Assembly (NCBI GenBank): GCA_030704615.1
Contig: CM060732.1
Coordinates: 40,300,001 to 40,364,000, forward strand
Length of the DNA: 64,000 nucleotides
Reading direction: 5' to 3'
Origin: Takakia lepidozioides
Lineage: Eukaryota; Plantae; Bryophyta
The notes below the pieces were generated by a model that ran no database searches, was not told where the DNA came from, and worked only from the letters and a program-made list of their open reading frames with translations. The position numbers and the translations under genes are program-made. Shown here piece after piece: positions 1 to 11,300 of this stretch; the first letter of the stretch is position 1; each line of letters opens with the position of its first letter.

Positions 1-3000
1 GAAAACTGATTGGGAAAATTGAAGATTTATACTACGCAGTCGTGAGGGAGCCGTCGGTGTAGTGGGAGTAGGATGGAAGAAATTTGGGAGGTATAATTTG
101 GCAGTAGGATGGGAGGGGCGGGGGAGCGTAGGTTGGGCAGGGGACGGGCACGTGGTAGCGCCCTTTTCCATGCCTTGCTTAAGTTAATCCTAGGGAGTGG
201 GCCAGGTGGAATTGTGAGGACTGGGTGTGTGATATGGTGGGGGTAGATGGTGGTTTTTAGCTTGTGAGTGCGCTTAAGGAGTTGATCCAGTAAGGCAGGG
301 AAGGTGGGAGGTATGGTGGAATGCGTGGTGTGTTGGACATGAAGGAGAAGGGTAAGGGTGGGTTCTTTGTAATGGAGGTATTTAGGGAGAGGCGGGGTGT
401 GGATGTACCAGAGTTGATTAGGTTCAATAGCGGCAAGGAGTGTTACGCCGGGTGGGAATTCTAGTAGGGGGTGGGGGCTGTTGGGTAGCTTTTGGTGAGT
501 GAGTAACATGATCGTGATGCTTGATAGGGAGGAGTGTGTGGCCATATGGGCCCATTGGAGGGCCTCATGTGTGACGGGGCCTGAAGGGGGATGGGCAAAT
601 CCCCTCCCTGCCCATGCGTGTTGGGTGGCATGTCCGGTGGCTCCGAAGATGCAATCCCAGGGGTGGGGGCTGGCAAAAGTTGTGATTCCCATTAGGCATA
701 TAAGCAGACTAGAATAATATGAGTGAGTGAGTTCGAAAGTGATAATGAGCACAGAGAGGATATCCGGGGGGAGAGTATTATGAGCAAAGACTTGTGACAG
801 TTTTGATAGGGAACAGGGTTTTTTGGGAGGAGTGTCTTAAAGGTGCGGGTAACAAGCCAATTGAGTTTGGTAGCGAAGTCTTGGCGGGGTGGGTGGATTT
901 GAGTGTCAGAGAGGGAGGAAGTAGAGTATTTAGCCCATAGCCATGCTAGTCTATAATTGGGAATGAGGCCAAGAAAACGGCCGTTGAAGGTGTAGATAGT
1001 GGACATACGAGGGCCTTGACAGATTGTGGGGGAGGTGTGTAGGATATCCTTATCTGGGTTGCATTCAGTAATATGTATGTGTACGTTGGGGGCGGTAAGT
1101 GGTTGATGTACGTGGCGGGCATCTTTGGGTTGGGTTTGGGAAATATGTTGTTAGTGGGTATCCGCGAGGTAGTTAGTGTTAGTACGTTTGTGGAATGCGG
1201 TGAGGAGTGTGAGATTGTGGGCGGGGTCGCAGTCATCATGTGAGCCAAAGAGGTCGTCCTCGATTTGCCACGAGTTATCATCAACTGTGTATCCAGCCCA
1301 TTGGCATAGGTAATATGTATCAACACATGTGGCCCCATATGAGTCTGTAGAAGTTTGGGTCTTAATACTGAGGATGGCTTCGATAACATATGCGTTTGGG
1401 TTATCTGGGTGGTCATGATGAGTTGCAGGAGTGTCGGGTGAGGGGGTAGCTGGGGCGGAAGTACATTGCGTAAGGGAGGGCGTATGGATGTGGACGGGAG
1501 GGGGCTGGGTGGAGTCCCTATCCAAGTGGGGAGGGGGTATAGGGGAGGTGGATGTGGATGGGGTGTCTCTAGTGTCGTGTGTACCTGAGGTTTCGGAGGC
1601 CCTAAGCGTGTGGAGAATAGAGGGATATAGACCTGATCTGTAGGCAGGCAGTAAGTCGCGTTGGGTATGGGGGAAGAGTGAGCAGGGAAGGTCGCATTCA
1701 AGAGTACAAGATGCGGATGGGTGGCAAAGTAGGGTACGTAGGTGTTGGAGGAACCTGCAGGTTTTGGCTATGGCACGAGTGTGTTTAAGTGAATATTCCT
1801 GGGTTTATGAGTTGAGTGTCAGTGGCGGTGGTAAGTTGGGTGAGATGAGTGATATGCCGTTCTTTGAAATAGGTGAGAATGGGATACTTTTGGTGGGGAT
1901 GAGGCAAAATGGGAGAGGGATGGGTTGGTATTTAGAGCGTGTTCCAGCTGTGATATCGTGTTAGGATAGCCGGGTAGGTCGGTTTGTATGTTGATACGCA
2001 TTTGTCGTAGGATGAGTAGTGTACGTGCCGTGGGGGAGTGTAGGCAAGATTGGGAATGAAGAGATGGGAGGGCTTGTAGTCCATTGAATTTGTGGGCTAG
2101 GAATTTAAGAAGGCCGTGGTAGATAAGTCCCAAGCGTCAAGGGTCATTGAGAGCTTCTCGTAACTGGGTACCAAGGGTTCGGGCATATGAAATAATCAGG
2201 GGGCTAGAGCCGACGCCGTAACAGTCTGTTGGGAATTGGGTGAGCACACTAGGAGTACTGGTAGGTAAGCCACAAATTCGCTTGGTTAGTTGAGTGATGT
2301 GTTTGTCTAGTACTTTGAGATCCGATAGGGAAAATGGAGCAGCGTGAAAAGAGTATTGGACTTGTGGCTTAAGCACAGAGCTGATGATTGATAGTTTGGG
2401 TCTAATGGAGACAGGGGATTTAAGAAGAGCCAGGCTTTTGTTAGAGAGCTTAGCAAGTGTGGTGGACTTCTGCACATACTAGATAAGTGGTGGGACTAGC
2501 TAGATGCCTAAGTATGTGTAAGGCTCATCGGGTCCCAAAAAGAGGAAGGGGTTGTTTATGTAATGGATATAGAGTTTACAATGGGAAGAAATCGCAGATT
2601 TTGTTAATTTATTGTGGTGGGTTGTTGCGGTAACGACGCATTTGTGGAGGCTAAGTTCCATGCCTGACCGTAGGTTAAAGCGGGATAGCTTACTGACTTG
2701 CCGGTTGAGGTATTGGGGTTTGTGAGCTAGGATAGCTAGGTCGTCAACGTATGCGACAGCGGAGATTTCGCTAGGGGAGGTTTTATAGTGATAGCCGAGA
2801 TTTCCGCGTGCTAATCATCTTAGTAGAGGTTCTAAGAAGATAATAAATAGGTATGGACTGAGGGTGTCACCCTGGATAGTACCGCATAAGATAGGAATAG
2901 GGGGGGTAGTACCATAGTATGAGCCGAAGTATTCCGTAGTGCTGTTGGTATAGATGTTGCCAATGAATTGGATGACATCGATGGGATAACCAAGGTCCAT

Positions 3001-3640
3001 CGTGATTGCAAGTAGTCTGGCATGATCTAAGGATTTGAAGGCATTTTTAAAGTCTATATACATGAGGTAGATATCTTGTTTAGTGAGCTTGGCATCTTCG
3101 AGGGCTGAGAGGATGTATTGTATTTGACGGGTTGTGTTGCGTGTGGCTCGGAAACCCTCTTGGGGGTCGCTCAGAATGAATGAAGGAGATGTGGTGTCGT
3201 GGAGGGCGATGATTGCAAAATATGCACAGCAAGGGCGCAGGATGGTGTCCTCCATAATTGGATAGCAACGTGGTAAGTGTGCTGGTAAACAATTTATAGA
3301 TATTGTTGGCTAGGGCTATAGGTCTGTAGTTACCGAGGTCAGTAGGGTCGCCTTTCTTAAATAACAGGATGGTGCGACTATGTTTCCAAGTGGGTGGGAT
3401 ACGCTTGAGTTGGTAACATAGTAACTTGAAAATTTTGAAGAAGAGGGTATGAAGATGGGGGTGAAGCGCTTGTAATATAGCGTTAGGGATCATATCTAGT
3501 CCAGGGGCTTTTGATTTGGATAGACCTTTAAGGCAAGAGTCAAGCGTGAATAGGTTGTGTATGCGGTCTGTGGGTATCCCGAATCCGTCGAGGTCATGCC
3601 ATGGGTAATGCTTGACTTTACATAAACAGTTGGGGTGGTG
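1..3640 (-). mobile_element. Degenerate non-LTR retrotransposon (Dualen/RandI-like LINE): RT, then chromodomain, then PCIF1-like MTase-like region; runs off the window start
   Basis: Frameshifted ORFs with LINE RT motifs: KKGDPTDLGNYRPIAL (3080-3493), QEGFR..YIDFKNAF..GTIQGDTLSPYLF (2815-3255) and AYVDDL (~2738-2755). The downstream ORFs 1151-1525 and 27-752 lie on the same strand. Confidence 0.85.
1193..1390 (-). other. Chromodomain-like segment within the LINE polyprotein
   Basis: YVIEAIL...YYLCQWAGYTVDDNSWQIEDDL matches the chromodomain pattern Y-x-V-E-x-I-L...Y-L-x-x-W-x-G-Y...S/T-W-x-x-E. Confidence 0.75.
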
Positions 3641-3777
3641 GTGCTCAGGGTGAGGACTCCATGCACAAGACTTGACTAATATGGTTGGCTAAGGTTCTAC
3701 CTTCTCGAGGGAGCGAATGTTCTAGAATGGCAGCAGCGGTAGCAGCACAATTGATAGAACCAGACACCGCTATACGA

Positions 3778-3920
3778 AGGCACCTTCTTCAACACATTTC
3801 AGCCTGTTTCCCTGTAATCAGAGTCGTCCCTAAATTTTCATGTTGAATTCTGCAAGTTAGCTGGTTGAATGAACCTTTGATAGTTTGGAGTGACTTTGAC
3901 ATGGTACTGCCAATGTGACA
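3778..3920. repeat. Dispersed ~140 bp repeat, also at ~18888-19026 and ~19438-19578
   Basis: Shared core gaattctgcaagttagctggttga..tagtttggagtgactttgacatg..tgtgaca. Confidence 0.8.
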
Positions 3921-3944
3921 GCAGGGACGTGGGATGGAGGCTTT

Positions 3945-4730
3945 GGAGACCTATGAAGTTGCGAAGGGAGAGTTTGATAACATGGCTGAACAAGATGTTG
4001 TCTCAAGGAATACGCTGAATCTCGCAAGATATGGCCAGCATGTGTGTGGGATGAGGGCATTGGAGACATATGAGCAAATGTTGAGAAGAGGTGCAGCCTG
4101 ACCGGGTCACGTTCATTTGTGTTTGCAATGCATGTGCAAACCTGACAGCCCTGGAGACTTGGTAAAGGGCAAAGAGGTCCATCATGACATTGTCAAAGCT
4201 GGAACTGTACCAGATGTAACAATACCTCGTCGACATGTATGCCAAACGTGGGAGCATTCCCTTGTTAACAATATGGCTGAGCGAAATGTGGTGTGGTGGA
4301 ACGTGATGATCGCAGGACAACACAACATGGGCGGGGATTGCGGGTTTTGGAGACCTGTGAGCAAATGATGTGGGTCTAGGGGGTGAAGCCCGAGCACATT
4401 ACGTTTGTTTTGTGTTTGTAGTGCATGTGCGAGCCTGTTGGAGAAGGGCAAAGAGGTCCATGGTTGCATCGTCAAAGCTGGAATTGTGGTAGATGTCATT
4501 CTGAACATGAATACCCTTCTAGATAGGGAGTGTTCAACAATATGGCTGAGCGAAATGTGGTGTCGTGGACAGTGATGATCGCAGGAGATGCACAACATGG
4601 GCGGGGGTAGTAGAAAACGCTTCCTGGGTTTTCATGCACCCACATTCAGACACTTTGTGCATCATTGGAGACCTATGAGCAGTTGATGTGGGAGGGGGTG
4701 AAGTCCGACCACATTACGTTCAGAGAGTTC
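3945..4730 (+). pseudogene. Fragmented PLS-type pentatricopeptide repeat (PPR) pseudogene
   Basis: Repeated GKEVHxxIVKAG and NMAERNVVxWxVMIAG motifs plus VxPDxVTF-type motifs, broken by frameshifts. Confidence 0.75.
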
Positions 4731-7329
4731 AAATGCCTCTCCACCATGACCTTGCTTAGCTAACCATGCCTTGCTGATGTTGTTGTCTTGCACTTAAGCT
4801 GTTTTTTGGACACTGGCCTGGAACATCCACAAGGCGGCTCTGCTCGAGAGAGAAATCAGCTTGAATGCAGGGGCAGATTTTGAGATCACAATCGCCACTC
4901 AGAACCTTGTTCTTTGCACCGGCATGGCATGTCAGCATGCATATCAGCCCAAACTCATTACTCCTTGAGCCTTCCACTGCCGGAGTGTGCCCATTCAAGC
5001 CAGATCTTCGAAACGCAGGGATGGAACGGGGTTTTGAAACCAGCATTGCCTAATTGGATACCCAATTCAGCTCCGCATCTTGGTCCATTAATCTGCTGCA
5101 CATTGTGAAGTTTTCTGCCCATTCACCGCAAGTTGAAGAAGGAGTATTCTTAAAACACGGGTACTCATAATCTGAAAATGGCTCCAGCTTATGTTGCTTG
5201 AGTGCGAATATGAGTGTGGTTGGCTTGCAGCTTTACATCTGGTCCATCCCACTCGATATGATGAGCAGGTTCAGCTTGACTTCTCTCACACAAAAGACGC
5301 TGCCAAGATAGGGTTTGCTGCCCTAGATGACTTCCCGTCGTTGTTCTGGGCGCAACATACATTAATCTAGCCCATGGCGAGGGCCTTGCCTTCCACCAAT
5401 CATCTGTAAGTCCTGTGAAACTGTTTTTGTGGCAGTTTGTAAGTAGTGGGCAGCGATGGTGGGCTGTTGTAGGATTTGATGAACTCAATGTCGTGTACTG
5501 ACAGCAACCCCTTATCTCGCATTCAACAAGCCAAGTTGACTGCAGAGCATATTCAACCCCCCACGTTTCTAGTTGCCTAATGTTCTTCATCTCCTGGGCA
5601 GAGCATTTCCAAGGTCTCTATCTGTGATGACACACTATCTTCTCATGTGGTTCAGCTTTTGGTCTTGCTCTTGTTTGCACCACCCCAATGAAGGGCAGTT
5701 CCCACCTGCTTGATTCTCTCTATATGGTTGTCTTGGGTCTTGGCAGGGTTTCCCACAACCGCCTTTCCTTTTCAGACTGCCAGTCATCAGCCTCGTTCTC
5801 CAATGCTTCACTTTCTTCCCAAGTGAAGTGCTCTCCTCTTTTATGCTTCAACGTCCCTACAGGTGTCTTTTCCTTCATCTCCCGTGGTGCTTTCGAATGA
5901 ATGAGCACTGATTTACATCTGTTGGCAACACTTACGGTGTCCCTTTCCTTGCATGCCACTGCAGGCCCGCATGACTTTCTTGGCAAGGAAGTCTCCTCCT
6001 TCTCCCTCATTTTTTGGCTCTGTTGGTGCCCCACTCACCATGCTATCAGGGCTGCACTTATTTTGTGGTGTTGCGCCAGCCAAGGGTGATCTTTCACTGG
6101 TCCGATTGTTGGCAACAGCTGATTGGAGTCTTCTTGGCAGAGTCTCCCACGAGCTCCCATCTTTCAAGCATCAGGTTTTCTACCCTGCCCTTCCACTTTT
6201 CATAAGCGAGATGCCTATCTTCCTCCTTTCACTCTTCAGCCTCTCAGGCGATTTTTCTTCATGCGATTGCTGCTCCCATACTTCCAGTCCTTGTTTAATT
6301 TTCTCCAGCCATCACCCTCAGATTTGACAAGGTATTGCTGCCCTTCCTTGTGTCTTTCCTCACTCCCAGCTACTGGTTTTATCCCAGATTTACCTCTCAT
6401 CCTTGCCTGGGGTTTTGCTTGCCAAACAGCCCTTATGTGGGGAACTTCAACGAAAGGCAACATCTCATTCTCAGCTCCTGTCTTTGTACCTCTTTGCAGC
6501 AGTCCAGCCTCGGGTGCCTCACTTTCTGATTGCTGGGTTGCATTCTTCGCCGCCAACCTTTGACAAGAAAGTGTGGCTCCATCTCCTCATCTCCTACTGG
6601 TTCCCTTGATGCTTCACCTCGTATGTCTCCTCCTATGTTTTAGCAGCAGCTCCCATGCTTGAATTGCTACTTTTCCTCGTAGTTGATCTTGTGCTTCCTT
6701 TTTCTCCGTAGCCTAATCAACAGTTTTGTCTTGGCAGCTCCCTTGCCATGAGTGCCTTGTCTCACTGCATCTCCCTTGGCTGCCCACCATCCGTGGAGCT
6801 TTCTTGCACTATTCTGACCCTCGTTGGCATGCACTTTGCTGCGATGCCCCACAATGTATTTGCTGCTCCCTTTAATCATCAACATAGTGCTCCAGAGCCA
6901 GTTCCTCATTGTTGACCAGTTTGACCTTCTCAGCCCTTGGACCCATTTTCCCTTCTCCCATGTTGCCTCGTCTTTCTGCTTCATCATTTGCTTTACTTGC
7001 ACGATGTTGCTTCTTCCTACAGCTCATCATGTGTTGTGGCTCTTTCCCATGTTCACTCACTCCCATCAATACGTTGTGCAGTTGATAAGACTGAGATGAG
7101 TTGATGCAGAATAGGGGGAGGGCTTGCTGGTGTATGTTGTCCGATAGGCCCCATGCACAGAGTCAAAGCTGGAAGTCAGCCTTGCAAAGACCAAGTGAGA
7201 GAAGTCTGGTGGGGGTAGCATCTTGGGGGATGGCAGTTAGGGCAATGTGTGTCTAGGGCAATATATGTCATAGCAGCGGGTGATGTGCTGCCAATTTTGA
7301 GGATAGAGACAGCCTGTAAGCTGTAGATT

Positions 7330-7443
7330 TGTATAAGTGGTTTTCTTCTTACACATCTTGCTCCCCAGTTTGCCACAACCAGTTGTTTGCGTTTGTATGC
7401 GAGCCCTGCTGGAAGGGCAAAGAGGTCCATGTTGCATGGTCAA
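7330..7443 (+). pseudogene. PPR fragment, left half of a unit split by the DNA transposon
   Basis: gaagggcaaagaggtccatgttgcat matches the uninterrupted copy at 4443-4470; the unit continues at 18775. Confidence 0.75.
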
Positions 7444-7659
7444 CAGGGATGCCTCGGCGTGAGCCTGGTCACGTGAGCGCGTGAGCGCGACTGCGCTCAC
7501 GCCACGTCACCTTGCACAAATGCCACGTCACGGGGCTCAGTCCACGTCATCACACGTGGAGGCCGAGTCACCACGCCCCAGAAAGAAGTGGAGTGTATTC
7601 CCGCGGATTGGCACCCTTTACCGCGGAAACAAGCTGGACGACATAATAAAAGGCATTGA

Positions 7660-8010
7660 ATAAAGGATGGATGAATGTACAATTGGATGATAAACAGATG
7701 GATGAGTGTGAAAAATGTATGTAGATGGATGAATGACGGATGGATAAGAGTAAAATGGATGAATGTATAATGGATGTTGAGCAATGACAAAAATTCATGA
7801 CAAAGATGCATGACCAAATCTTTTGACGAATGCACAAAGTATATGAAATGAGTGTGGAAGGTTTGTGGGGTGGATTAAAGAGTACAGAGGATGAATGTAC
7901 AATGGATGTTGTACAAAGGAAGCTTTCATGAATGGAGCACGCATGAATACAGTGTAGATGAATGCACAATGGATATGAGAAGAGTCAGGAAGGTTTGTGA
8001 GATGGATTCA
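7660..8010. repeat. Degenerate GGATGAAT/TGGAT-rich subterminal minisatellite
   Basis: Many ggatg/gatgaatg units next to the left end of the element. Confidence 0.55.
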
Positions 8011-8344
8011 TACATATAGCAATTTAAACGAAAGTTGATTCTGTGATTATTATTTGTTCTAAAGGAACAACTACGGTAGAGGAAGGGGATTCAACGTTTT
8101 CCAGATAATATGAAAATGAATATTAAAAGAATACAGTTCAGTCTGACTCAGAGTCAGTACAATGTATCCCCTCTTCCTCTGCATCTAAGTCTAAGTATTT
8201 TAGAACACCGGATCCACGCTGGATACACCTACGGCTGGCCACTAAAAAGTCAGGGGATAGGGACTCGGCCGCGTGAAGTGCCATTGCTTCGGCATAAACA
8301 GGGAGCAGAAAATTGGAAAGGGGGCTGTCGAAAACAGACTCGCC

Positions 8345-11300
8345 AGAAATGACTGTATCTCCTGAAGATCCACCGCTGGCTTTCCTGAAAGACAGCCTGA
8401 AAAAGTTATTACTGTAACTTTGATGTTATCGAGAAATTGAGTATGACTCCCAAAGAGGGTTTAGCACTTACTCACATGAAAAGTCGTTGTCGACCTGCTT
8501 ATCTTCGGGATCGTCATCATTTCGAATTTGAATCCGATCAGTCTGTGTGCCTGAAGTGGAGCCAGACAAAAGGGGAGGAGCACGGTGTTGTAGAGGTCAG
8601 AATCACCCTCCATGCCAAAAAGGCTTCTTCCGCCTGCCTTGCATGCGTGGTAAGTTGCTCCTGCACCAGACAGGAGAACATAAACAGTTTGGAGGAGGGG
8701 ATTTAAGCAGATGAAACTGTTGAAAGGAAACCAATTCGGAAGGGAGAAAACGAACCTGTGGACACAGAAAGATCGACCACCCGTGCAGAGCGGTGGCTGC
8801 ATGACTCCAGCAGTATTTGCATGAATGCTGGTGACTTTTCCTTTGCACCTCTCCAGGGAGTGCCATCTGGTCTCTTCAGAGTCTGACTGGACTGCATGAA
8901 GTTGTACAAAATGTCATCGACATGGGGCTCATAGGGGGGGTTGACGAAACAACCCTGGTCAGAAATCTCAAAGCTGCGGATGGAGGATGGTGTCTTTGAT
9001 GTGCGAATCCTCCGCAGGCAGATCGCCTCGAACATCCTCGTCTGCCAAAGATAGCAGGTTAGTGTGGTAAACACAATCTAAAGTGGAAGTGTGTACATCG
9101 GCTATTCAGAACTCTGACACAAAAAAACCATGAATCGTTGATGATCGGTGTCGATCATAAAACATTCTACTAGAGTGGAGCTGCAGAGAAAATTGAAACT
9201 CATGATCAAAGCACAAGCAGAAGGCAGACGGCATACCAGCTGACCAGGGAAACCCCCTTTCACAAGGTAGAGGCTGTTCACACAATTCCATGTGCGCAAA
9301 ACTTCAAACCCTGAAGACTTGAGGTATGATGCCAATGCCCGACGACTATCATTGTCACATGACTGAAAAAGCAGAAGTGTCCCTGCATCAGAGAGGAAAT
9401 TGTTACAGAACCCGAATACCCAACTCCAGTAGTTGTCCTCGAATTTGTTCCAGCCTGGCGTCTTGCCCTTTGGAAGAACTTCTGGCACAGCCTGGCCATC
9501 CGGGATGTCGAGAATGACAATGTCGGCCGCATAAGTTTTCTGCACACCGCACACGAAGGTGGGACCTGTGCTCACCTGCAACAGACATGTTTTTTATAAG
9601 AACGATGGCAAGAATGTTTTCAAAGAACGAGACTGAAATACTGCCAACGAAACATTCAGAGAAAAAGGAAAGAAACTGGAATTCTCACCAGATTGAGGAA
9701 TGAGATTATATTGTCCCAGGTAGGGGATGGCACCCCAGTGTATCCTCTCTTTCGACTCTGCATCATCGAAAGCCAACCCTCATTAACAATTTTCATCTCT
9801 CCTGCTGAATCAGAACGGGAAGGGTGTGGCTTGGCATCGAACACGCACTGAAGAGTGCGGGTATATCTTCCAGCACTAAAGTCCTGCCCACTCTCCATCT
9901 CCTTTTCATTCTCCTTCCCCTTGTCCTTTTCCTTCTCTTTGGACTTGTCTTTGTCCTTTGGCTTTGCTGGTGAGATGGCTATGACATCAACAGCCTTGTC
10001 TTTTGGTTTGCGGCCCGCCTTCTTTCCCTTCTGCGGCGTTCCCTGAGCATCAGGCTCCTTGGCAGCCAAGGTTGCTATGTTTCGTTGATACTCTTCGTCA
10101 GTCAAAGGCGCCACATCTCAGCGTTATTGTTCAAGTATTTCATATGCTGTTCTTGAAAGGTCGTGTGCTCAGGTGGGCAGTCAAGGTACCACCCACAGTC
10201 TCTGAAGTGAGAAGGACTCCAGTCCTTCAATATCCCTGCAGTATACATGGTTGGATCGTTTGCAGGGTCCGACCACATGTCAAGATAGTCGGGAATTCCG
10301 CTCAGGTGATTTCCTTCCATAAGCACATATTTCGTGTACCTGAAAAAAGGAGATGAATCCCAACCCACAAAAGCGCTCAGTGAGTAAGATGCAAGTAGAA
10401 CAGAAAGAATAAAACATGGATTGAAATGGCTCTGACAACTGCTCCAAGGACCTTTCAGGACCACACTACTGCTCCAGATATGAATGTCGTCAACGCCATT
10501 CAGAACATTCCATTCCATGACACTGTAAATACATCCTAATCCAGGTGAATGCAAATAATCGATTAGAAATGACACAGACATAGAAGTGAATGTCGTCAAC
10601 GACATTCAAGAATGAGGCCAAATTATTACTGAAATGAAGCAAAATCACAGGATGGAAATAAAAAAATTGAGTAAGGAACCATCCAGGAAAACTCAATGCA
10701 CATTCATAACGAACCTATCACTGAGGACCTCACAACATCACTGTATGTGAATGGCGTCAACGCCATTCACAAAAATACAAAAAAGAACCAATTACTTAGC
10801 TCCCCATCCATGAAAATTGAATTTGTCGTTTTGAATAATACAGACACAGCTGTGAATGTCGTCAACGACATTCACTTTGGATTTCTTAAAACAGAGCTTA
10901 TCAAGCCTCCATATTCATCGCAAGAGGAAAAAACAATGCAGAACAACTGAATGTCTGCATTGACATTCAGCAAAATGAAGTGAGGAACCCTCATTGTAAC
11001 CTCTATGGACATTACAAAAATTTAAATAACCTTGAGGACCTCTCAACAACTCCGTATGTGAATGTCGTCAACGCCATTCAAGGACATTATCAATTCTAAT
11101 CAGGGACAATATAATTGCACCCTTAGATCCTAACCAGGTGAATTCATATACTCGCTTAAGAATGACTCAGACAAAGAAGTGAATGTCGTCAACGACATTC
11201 AATCTGGATCTAAGATTGCAATCCATATGAAGCCACATTTTTTCCCAAAAAAACAGTAGAGTTTCAAGTATGACATTGCACCTGTACACAACTCGCATCA

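Noticed and set aside
4750-7300. Several minus-strand ORFs suggesting a decayed gene
   Set aside because: No recognisable domain and no consistent frame; left uncalled.
8931-8942. NPPY in the MTase-like gene as the catalytic motif IV
   Set aside because: It lies in the variable region between the DIPD strand and motif X, and is not conserved in the paralog (LSKYPK).
10481-11201. CRISPR array interpretation of the palindromic repeats
   Set aside because: Eukaryotic intron, no cas genes, and spacers are 73-139 bp, variable and partly homologous to each other (spacer 1 resembles spacer 6).
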